A DNA stretch of 63,346 nucleotides, filler included, from Octopus bimaculoides (taxonomy: Eukaryota): assembly GCF_001194135.2 (NCBI RefSeq). It is 5 parts of 4 records of this genome, joined end to end, with 100 filler letters (N's around TTAATTAATTAA, not from the genome) between each part and the next. Parts side by side here need not be neighbours in the genome. Positions count along the whole stretch, not along the records: positions 38,523 to 54,509 come from NC_068981.1; positions 54,610 to 62,095 come from NC_068991.1; positions 62,196 to 63,346 come from NW_026371219.1; 2 more parts are not named here. One strand, given 5' to 3'. A program made the position numbers and the translations under genes. Below are positions 53,519 to 63,346 of the stretch, piece by piece; the first letter of the stretch is position 1; every line of letters starts with the position of its first letter. The notes beneath the pieces were generated by a model. It was not told the origin of the DNA and searched no databases. It saw only the letters and a list, made by a program, of their open reading frames with translations.

Positions 53519-53740
53519 GGCGGTGAGCTGGCAGAATCGTTAGCACACCGGGAAAAATGTTTGACGGCATTCTGTCTGTCTTTATGTTCTGAGTTCAAAT
53601 TCCAACGAGTTCGACTTTATCATTCATCCTTTCGAGGTCGATAAAATAAGTACCAGTTGATTACTGTGGTCGATGTAATCAACTAACCCCTCCCCTAAAT
53701 TTTAAGGCCTTGTGCCTATAGTAGAAATTATTATTATTAT
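53519..53740 (+). mobile_element. tRNA-derived SINE family A (MetaSINE-like central domain), full copy
   Basis: A box TGGCAGAATCGTTA, B box GAGTTCAAATTCC, central TTCATCCTTTCGAGGTCGATAAAATAAGTACCAG, (TTA)n tail. The Meta-domain resemblance is from memory. Confidence 0.8.
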
Positions 53741-54249
53741 TATTTCGTATTTTTGGATTTTTTACAGTAGGATTAATTGATAATTTTAACACTATCGTGA
53801 TTATAATTATGAAGTAAGTTATAATTGCAATTATCATCATCATCATTATTATCATCAACAACAATATCAATCCCTCGTTCCCAAACGTCTCTCCTTGTGT
53901 CATCACCAGCAAAGAACAAAATGGCCACCAGCTGTGGAGTGTGTGTCCACTTGTAATATCGATGTTACTTACCACTTCAGTGTTTGAGTGTCGTCTTTGT
54001 CGTAGTAGAAATAATATTAATAGTGACGTTAATGGTGGCGGTGGTGGTAGTGGTGGTGGTGGTGGTGGTGGTGGTGGTGGTGGTGGTGGTGGTGGTGGAT
54101 TGTAGAAAGGTTGCTGTAAGTATTGGCTCTGCTGCAGCTACTGTTGTTGAAGAGGATGATGTGGTGATGATGATATTCCTACGATAACCGTGATCGAGTT
54201 TAGCGATGACGATGATGATGATGATGATACAGATACATCAGGACAAAAA

Positions 54250-54287
<38 letters not shown>

Positions 54288-54437
54288 ATGATGATGATGA
54301 TGATGAGAAGGAGGAGGAGGAGGGAAATGGTGTTGTGTGACAAATACACATTTTCCCCCAGACCTGATCCGACATATAAGTTTGGAAATAAAGCAGCAGA
54401 AGTCATCAATACATACACACGCACACAAACGCACACA

Positions 54438-54509
<72 letters not shown>

Positions 54510-55526
54510 NNNNNNNNNNNNNNNNNNNNNNNNNNNNNNNNNNNNNNNNNNNNTTAATTAATTAANNNNNNNNNNNNNNNNNNNNNNNNNNNNNNNNNNN
54601 NNNNNNNNNATATATATGTATATGTATATGTATATATATATATTTGTATATATATATATATATATGCATGTGTGTGTGCATGTGAACCACACTGTAAGCC
54701 GTGCATTTCTTTTTGCATCTCTGCACTAAATTCCCTTCACTAAAATATCTTAAACATTTCCATTCCATGAAGGCATTTTCAGAAATAACTCTCTGCTTAC
54801 TTTTTTATGTTTTGCTCTTTTATTTCATCTTGTTTTATTTTATTTTATTTTATTTTTCTTATACCTTCCAGAAAATCTGTAAATTCCATATTCTCGAAAA
54901 TGTACCAAACCAAAGTAGAAAGTAGGAAATTAGATAAAATACACACGTGGATCAATAATTTTCATTAAAGACCCGTATGTTTAATTATTAAAGAAAGCCG
55001 ATGTTTAGTTCGCGAAAGCGTTTATCTTTGGACAGGGAGAAATAATTAAGTTTCTCTTAAGGCCTATCACGAAATGTGGATTAATTTACTGAATATAAAT
55101 GTGAAGAATTTACCCTTTAATATATATCCAATCATATATCCAAGACATATTATCATAAGCAAATAATCACTTTCATTCATAAATTTTTGTTGTATTGTTT
55201 TCTAACTTAGGAACTGTGTCACACGTTTTGCATTGTCAAGAATGTAGGGACTGCTATACTTGACGCTTCCTATATTTCATAGGCGTAGAATGGAAAGCAG
55301 TCGAAGTCAATTTTATCGGGTTTGAACGTATTTAAAAATGTACGTCACAAAATGAAGGTATATCAAGCCATTTATGATCGAGGATGGATCTACTGAGTTT
55401 TTTTAAACCAAAGAGATTTTGTAAATTTTAATACTTGGTACAATTAGGGCACATTTTATCGACTCCTCCAAGATGAAATGTAGTTACATCCTTGTGATCT
55501 AACATCTCAAATGTATTGTGTAGGCT

Positions 55527-55629
<103 letters not shown>

Positions 55630-55695
55630 TCTAACTGTCTGTCTGTCTGTCTATCAACCTACTTAACTACCTACCTATCTATCTCTCCTTTTGTG

Positions 55696-55732
<37 letters not shown>

Positions 55733-56414
55733 ATGTGTGTGTGTGTTTGTGAGTTTGTGTGTGTGTATGTGGGCGTGTTGTAAACGCGCATGGCTTAGTG
55801 GCTAGGGTGTTGCACTCACGATTGCAAGATTTTGGGTTCGTTACCCAGGCCGGACATTGCGTTGTGTTCTTGAGCAAAGCACTTCATTTCGCGTTGCTAC
55901 GCGATCATTTCGTCATATGACACGTGGCATATTGCACACCTGTACAGGTAAAGTCGATTTGATGGAGGGAGGGAGTGAGCTTATGTCAACACAAATATTT
56001 TATCACTATATAAGAAATCATCTATGTGGTTGTTCAGCAAGAAATTTCCTAACCCTGACACGCCCTCTAACGACGGGAGAATGCGTCATGTATGCACATT
56101 TCAGACAACAACTGCCTACGTGGATGGACCATGATACCACAGAAATTGTCTTAAGAATGACTTAATTGCCACTATCAAGTGATGATATTGAGACATAACC
56201 TGGGTCAATTTTTGCTCTCTTTCTCTGTTCATGTTTCTGTGACTTCACACACACACATACCACTAGAACCCGATCTACGATCTATCACTCAGCGATATAT
56301 TAAACGGTCACCTGCGCAGTAGAGATATAGTCATGTCAAATTTATCTATTTCAAGGGAGATTGGAAAAGTATTGAAAAAGAAAACCCTGCTAGATTTTTG
56401 TATGTATATATATA

Positions 56415-57135
56415 TATATATATATATAAAGGAATACAAAAATGGGACAAGAACGCAAAGCATCCACACAGCTAGATGATACGGAAAAGGGACAACAAAA
56501 CATACAGAAAGGCAATACAAAAGAGGGAGAAGAAAAAACGCGGACGGTCATTGGGAGTTTTCTTTCCTCAGTGTAGTTCCAGATCATCTTTGCAATTTCG
56601 ACTGGCTATACTCGAGATTGCTCCAATCTGGCCAGGCCCAAGAAAAAAACTAAGCTAAGAACATTAGATTCCTTGGAAGAAAGCAGCGAATGTATACAAA
56701 AGCAAGGACGGAAAAAAAAACGGAGAAATGGTACACAAATACAAATGCAAATAACAGGACATTAACAACAGGTGTCTTTCGACTAAGGACGAATTAAATT
56801 TAGCTGGTGTGTGTGGAAGTGAAGCCATACGGCAGGGACATAAGAGATGACAAGCATGGGGAGGAATTTAGATGTTGCATGGATGATAGTGGAACCAAGA
56901 ATGAAAGGTCAGGCTTGGCCGAACACCGGTCACGTGGGGAGAGAGAAGAGAAGTAGAGGCAGAGGGACAGAGGAATTAGAGAGGGACGAGACAAAAAGGT
57001 AGAGAGGGATGTGAAAGAGGAGGGAAGATGAGAATGAAGAGAAAGCCAGGAAATGTGAGCGAGGCGGAACGAAAGAAAGAAAAGTGGAAAGAACGAAGTA
57101 AGTGTGAAGGGGCTGATAGAAAGAAAGAATGATAT
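56415..57135. repeat. Unclassified interspersed repeat (family E), purine-rich on + strand
   Basis: Shares the blocks AATACAAAA(A)TGGGAC..TAGATGATAC and GGCTTG..GAACACCGG.CACGTGGG..GAGGCAGAG with 11780-12190. Confidence 0.6.
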
Positions 57136-57146
57136 GTATATATCGT

Positions 57147-57496
57147 GGTACTCCGTCGGTTGCGACGACGAGGGTTCTAGTTGATCCGATCAAGGGAAAC
57201 GCCTGCTCATGTCATTAACTTGCATGTGAATGAGCATTTCACAGACACGTGTACCCTTAACATAGTTCTCGGGGAAATTTTGCGTCACGCAGTGTATGAC
57301 AAGGCTGGCCTTTTGAAATGCAGGTAAATCAGTAACAGGAAAAAATAATGAGAGAAAATTGTGGTGAAAGAGTACAGCTGGGTTCGCCATCAACACCTGC
57401 CGGAACGTCATCGAGCTTTAGGTGTTTTTGCTCAATCAACACTCACAACGCCTGGTCTGGGAATCGAAACCTCGAGTCCACTGGGCCATTACGCCT

Positions 57497-57500
<4 letters not shown>
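57147..57500 (-). mobile_element. SINE family C copy
   Basis: Homologous to 61092-61477. Confidence 0.78.
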
Positions 57501-57542
<42 letters not shown>

Positions 57543-57556
57543 NNNNNNNNNNGCCT

Positions 57557-57604
<48 letters not shown>

Positions 57605-58279
57605 GTATATATACAGTTTGTATATGAATGTGTGTGTGCGCGTGCATACTCAGACATCGGCAGGTTCGTAGAGGTGTTTCCACGGCAGAGATTATCATTT
57701 TTTCTCAGGTTCAAAGTGATGAACCCCAACACGGATTTTCCAATCTTACACGGTTTTTCCACTACAACCATATCTGGTCTTCTTATTTCAAAACATGGCC
57801 ACCCTTGATAGGAAAACTTCAGGAAATTCTGTAATTATTTAACTCAATCAAAACCTCTGCTTAGTGATCATATCACTTTTCTCCTACTTTGAATCCATAA
57901 CACTCAGCTAACATCTATTATTTGCCGGTAGAAAAGAGTGAAATTTCATGGATATGAAAAATCAAGGAGATAACGATATATTTTATATAAATTTTTACCC
58001 AATCTTTGCGTTTTATTCTATACGGGTGATGCATTTGATTGCATTTCTATATATAAATCAACTGTAACGAAATCTGTACACGAAGAATTAACATTCTTAT
58101 TATCAGTTTTATGACTATCTCTTGATTAATTACATTTGTTTTAAGACTTTAAAAGAAATTTTCTCGTGGAAAAATGATCCGAACTGAAGGAAAGAATTAG
58201 ATATGTCGAAATTCATTAAATTACATACAGAAATGAGAGAAAGTCAGGAGAACAAGAAAAACAGAAATATCAAAACATA

Positions 58280-58322
58280 GGTAGATAGATAGACATATAG
58301 ATAGACAGATAGATAGATAGAC

Positions 58323-58393
<71 letters not shown>

Positions 58394-58552
58394 AGATAGA
58401 TAGACTGACAGATAGATTGGTAGATAAATAAGTAGATAGAAAGATAGATAGGTAAGTAGGTAGATGGATAGATAGAAAGAGAGAAAAAGAGAAAGAGAGA
58501 AAGAGAGAGGGGAGTGTACACTGGAAACTAATATACATACGTACACAGAAAC

Positions 58553-58600
<48 letters not shown>

Positions 58601-58601
58601 G
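58280..58601. repeat. (ATAG)n microsatellite region
   Basis: Direct sequence inspection; a complementary (ATCT)n lies at about 55527-55682. Confidence 0.95.
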
Positions 58602-58832
58602 CACAAATCGATTGACTGATTGAAAGGTATTTTGATAAATACATCGACTAATGGTTGTAGAGAAAATAAATAGATTGTTGGAATGATTTAATTAATATAT
58701 ACGTAGATGGATAGGTAGATTTAATTGATTGGCTGATTGTTGGATTGGTAAGTGAGAACGTTGATAAATAGATAGTAGATAATAGATATATAGCTTCATG
58801 TCAGTGTGGCTGTGTGTATGTGTGAGAGTGTG

Positions 58833-58901
<69 letters not shown>

Positions 58902-59221
58902 TTGTGTGTGCGCGCGCGCACACGCGCGTGTATATGTATAGAGTCTACAGATGTGATCCAGAGGTTCTCAATGTAGAAGACACTTTGCACCACTCAAGTG
59001 ATTTGAACTTACACTCCGATAATTTTATCAGGGACCAAGTCTGCAGGCTAAAGTGTGGCTATAAGAGGAAACTACGTGTGGATATGTGAAGACAATAATG
59101 CATAAAGACAAACACAACATGCTTGGGTTTGATATACGAAATATATACACGTGTAACTAGAGAGAAAGAAAAAACTGAAAAGTTTCATACGAGTAAAAAT
59201 ACATACATATATATTAATGTG

Positions 59222-59542
59222 AAAGCGCATGGCCTAGTGGTTAGGCCATTCTGCACACGATCGTAAGGTCGGGAGTTCAATTCCCGGCGATGCGGTGTGT
59301 CCTTCAGCAAAACACTTTATTTCACTTTGCTGCAGTCCACAAAGCTAGCAAAAAAAGTAGTACCTGTGTTTCAAAGGGTCAGCTTTGTCACACTCTGTGT
59401 CACGATGAATCTCCCTGCGAACTATGTTAAGCGCACACATGTCTGTGGAGTGCTCAGCCACTTACACGTTAATTTCACGAGCAAGCAGTTTCGTTGATCG
59501 TATCAACTGGGACTCTCGTCGTCGTAGTCGACGGAGTGCTCC
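59222..59542 (+). mobile_element. SINE with a different tRNA head and the family C 3' half
   Basis: Head GCGCATGGCCTAGTGGTTAGG..GGAGTTCAATTCCC, then TTTCAAAGGGTCAGCTTTGTCACAC..GACGGAGTGC shared with family C. Related heads at about 55785-55990(+) and 24040-24305(-). Confidence 0.7.
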
Positions 59543-59619
59543 TATATATATTAATAGAGCAAACTTGCACAGAGCATAAACGACAGAGACAATTAAGGAG
59601 AGAAGGTATGGTATTGCAA

Positions 59620-60012
59620 GTAAGACGATCGAATTGATCCCAGATTTCAAATGGTACATATTTTATCAACACCGAAAAGATGAAAGGCTAAATCGGCCAC
59701 ACTGGAATTTGAACTCAGAACGTAAAGACGGACGAAATGCAGCTAAGCATTTTGTCAGACGTGCTAATGATTCCGCCCTTATTCGTGAATTATAAATTCT
59801 TTTCTACTCTAAGCACAAAGCCCGAAGTTTTGCGGAAGGGGACCAGTCGATTAGACCGACCCCAGCACGCAACTGGTACTTAATTTATCGACACCGAAAG
59901 GATGAAAGGCAAAGTCGACCTCGGCTGAATTTGAACTCAGAACGTAAAGACAGACGAAATACCGCTAAGCATTTAGCCTGGCGTGCTAACTAGTCTGCCA
60001 ACTCACTGCCTT
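59620..60012 (-). mobile_element. Two tandem SINE family A copies
   Basis: GGTAC..TTTATC.ACACCGAAA.GATGAAAGGC..ATTTGAACTCAGAACGTAAAGAC appears twice (about 59620-59780 and 59795-60012). Confidence 0.78.
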
Positions 60013-61091
60013 TCGTGAATTATATATATCAAGATCTTGGTATGCTTTATAAAAGTTGTTGCTGTCCTTTAGTTTCTGCTAGTCTCCGCCTAGTTAGGTT
60101 TCAAGCACGGTCTCAAGTTAAGTGCAAATACGTCATTGTTCCGTTACCATTGAAGGTGCGATCATCTAATCTTTAATTTCAGGCAGTGAGTTATTTATCA
60201 AATGTGCTCATCTTATTATTTACGAACCGCAAATTGAAGATGGCATGGCTGTTATTTCTAGATTATTGAATTCTTACAGAAACCCTTCCACACACCCTTG
60301 AATCGTTGGCATTATTATTGATGTTGTTGATGCCTGCTGTTTAGCTTCAGGCGACATCTGAACCACTATATATGTAACCAAAGGCCATTTAAATTTCATT
60401 TTGTTTGTCAGACATTTTAAATCTAGTACTACATTATCCACCGGGTAATTTAGTTCATAAAGCGCGGATGTATGTCGAAGAAGACTTGCCTGATATTTCT
60501 AGCTTATCAAGTGACCACATATTTAGTTTCTCATTTGCTGCTTTTAAATAAATTGTATGATTTGGTTGCCTAGTTTAGTTACAGTTACGCAAGCTGAAAT
60601 ATTAAACAAATTTGTTTTTTGTTTTAATCATCTTGTCGTTGTTCACATTGATACATTATTGCAGCTACATTTATAGTTTATTGTCTTAACATTTAACATT
60701 AATTTACTTATGATGAAGAATAATCCTGCTGACACATGTTTATTACTGTGGTTAATGTGTTAGAAATATATTTCCCCATGGACACATTGCTCGTTCATAA
60801 CAACTATAAAATAACCCCAACGGTTTCTTCTTTACGATGACAAATCTAAGCAGACATGATGCGAAAACTATAAACTCTACAGTTAACGTCTCTATAGAAT
60901 ATAAATCATTCTTTTAGGCAGTACATTAGAGATAAACAAAAGACGGAGAAAATGGGACCAAAAACATCGATGGAAGTATCTTATTATGTAAAAGCAAGAC
61001 TCGAAACCAAGCTTTCAGATACATTTGAATGACCTAACATGTAGTTTCATACCATACACTCTGTACTTTTTAAAAACTTAGTAGGGGAATA

Positions 61092-61477
61092 TTGTTGTTG
61101 GCACTCCGTCGCTTACGACGTCGAGGGTTCCAGTTGATCCGACCAACGGAACAGCCTGCTCTTGAAATTGACGTGCAAGTGGCTGAGCACTCCACAGACA
61201 CGTGTACCCTTATCGTAGTTCTCGGGGATATTCAGCGTGACACAGTGTGACAAGGCTGACCCTTTAAATTACAGGCACAAGAGAAACAGGAAATAAGAGT
61301 GAGAGAAAGTTGTGGTGAAAGAGTACAGCAGGGTTCGTCACCATCCCCTGCCGGAGCCTCGTGGAGCTTTAGGTGTTTTCGCTCAATAAAAACTCACAAC
61401 GCTCGGTATGGAAATCGAAGCCGCGATCCTAAGACCGCGAGTCCGCTGCCTTAACCACTGGGCCATTTCACCTCCAC
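61092..61477 (-). mobile_element. tRNA-derived SINE family C, full copy
   Basis: The reverse complement begins GTGGAGGTGAAATGGCCCAGTGGTTAAGGCAGCGGACTCGCGG..GGCTTCGATTTCC and ends GACGGAGTGCCAACAAC. Confidence 0.8.
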
Positions 61478-61961
61478 AGCAGGGGAATAAAGAACAGTGC
61501 TATTGGCACATTTCAAGGACTTTGGAACTAATGACGAGAAAGGTAGGGGTAATTCAGTTGGAATGCTTGACATCCAAGTAACATGTGGTTGTGTTTGAAT
61601 GGGGAAGTGGTTTGATCCACTGACTATCGACACAAAAAATGCAAAGCTGACCGCGGCAGGATTGGAACTCGGAAGGTAGAGAACCGGAAGAAATACTGCA
61701 AAGAATTTTAGCTGACGCGATTGCGATTCTGCTAACAGCAATGACAATAGTAGATAAATATAAGGTGTAGGTAAGGATTGAACTATAAACCACTATTCCA
61801 AAATATACAGTAACAAAACTAGTTCTATTTTTGTTTTGTTCCTTTTAGAGGGCAGCGACATCTTGAGAAATGTAGGTATCTGTAGATAAATATTTCTGAA
61901 AAAACATCACTATTGTCAACAACAGCGAAATGACAACAATAAAACAGGAAATAACGATGGC

Positions 61962-61964
<3 letters not shown>

Positions 61965-62017
<53 letters not shown>

Positions 62018-62096
62018 TAATAATAATAATAATAATAATAATGATAATAATAATAATAATAATAATGATAATAATAATAATAATAATAATAATAAN
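61965..62096. repeat. (AAT)n microsatellite
   Basis: Direct sequence inspection; similar arrays at 9-70, 40797-40868 and 41382-41463. Confidence 0.95.
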
Positions 62097-62245
62097 NNNN
62101 NNNNNNNNNNNNNNNNNNNNNNNNNNNNNNNNNNNNNNNTTAATTAATTAANNNNNNNNNNNNNNNNNNNNNNNNNNNNNNNNNNNNNNNNNNNNATATA
62201 TTTGTGTGAGTGTGTGTGTGTATGTGTGTGTGTGTTTGTGTGTGT

Positions 62246-62636
62246 ATACTCTTTTACACTTACTCTTTTACTTGTTTAGTCATTTGACTGCGGCCATGCT
62301 GGAGCACCACCTTTAGTCAGGCAAATCAACCCCAGGACTTATTCTATTGGTCTCTTTTGCTGAACCACTAAGTTACAGGGACGTAAACACACCAGCATCG
62401 TTTGTCAAGCGATGTTGGGAGTACAAACACAGACACACAAACACACACACACATATATATGTACATATACATGATAGGCTTCTTTCAGTTTCCATCTACC
62501 AAATCCACTCACAACGCTTTGGTCGGCCCGAGGCTATAGTAGAAGACACTTGCCCAAGGTGCCACACAATGGGACTGAACCTGAAACCATGTGGTTAGTA
62601 AGCAAGCTACTTACCACACACCCACTCTTGTGCCTA
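62246..62636 (-). mobile_element. SINE family B copy
   Basis: Same blocks as 13025-13400, including the TACTCTTTTAC tail. Confidence 0.78.
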
Positions 62637-63346
62637 TGTGTACACCTATACGCACATGTATATCAAAATACACATGAAAGTATATACACACACACAAAAA
62701 CAACTGCATACTTATATACACATGGATGTAATTATAATAGATGAAGAGGTTTATGTCGAGATGCCAGCAGATAAAGAAGAATAGCAACTCAGGCAGAATT
62801 CTTCATTAGCAGACAGATTGGTAAAGATGCTTCTCACATTCCCTGTATGTTTGTGTGCGTGTGTGTGTGTGTATGTGTGTGTGTTTATATGTTTGTTGTG
62901 TACGTATAAATCCTAATTTTTAGAAAGCAGAGTAAATGCAAAGTTATGATATTCATGTCTTTCATCTCTAGAAAACTTAAACATATGTATACATTTGCAT
63001 AAATGCATGTTTTCACAGTGAAGTTTTATAAACACAAACAGCCCACACAACTCATTACATGATTAAACATAAGAGAAAATATGCAAACCCCAATATAGGA
63101 ATAAACACACATGCACACATGCACTCTTGCAAATCAATAATGGTGAAAGTATGCAACTTTCTATATGAATATATTTTCATATATCCTTATGTATATCTGC
63201 ATATGTATGTAACTGAAAACAGTCATATATACAAATACATACACATAAATATATATTGATTAACATATGTATGTATGTGTGCGTGTATATGCATGCATAT
63301 GGAGATACCTATCTATGTATACATATTTGTGTATCTGTGTGTATAC

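Noticed and set aside
57494-57602. Direct duplication GCCTCC(AC)n AT on both sides of a 10-N gap
   Set aside because: Most likely an unmerged contig overlap.

Overview
AT-rich eukaryotic scaffold segment with many N gaps and dense microsatellites. The repeat families look like those of an octopus genome; this is recognition from memory, not a database result. I recognise no host protein-coding gene, rRNA, true tRNA or CRISPR array. Most track ORFs are microsatellite or gap read-throughs. The real coding signal comes from decayed transposons: three R4/Dong-like RLE retrotransposon pieces next to (AAT)n, a HERO-like RLE 3' fragment, a Penelope-like GIY-YIG fragment with its terminal repeat, two RTE-like fragments, a LINE ORF1-like 5' fragment, a near-complete mariner, a near-complete piggyBac, and Helitron-, hAT- and MITE-like elements. 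At least four tRNA-headed SINE families are interspersed. The most interesting structure is at 30248-30940. There, a tRNA-headed SINE carries a minimal Penelope-type hammerhead ribozyme motif in its tail and sits as a head-to-head inverted dimer inside one 13-bp target-site duplication. This suggests a ribozyme-bearing SINE mobilised by Penelope-like elements. Repeat boundaries are estimated by eye unless a TSD or TIR is quoted.
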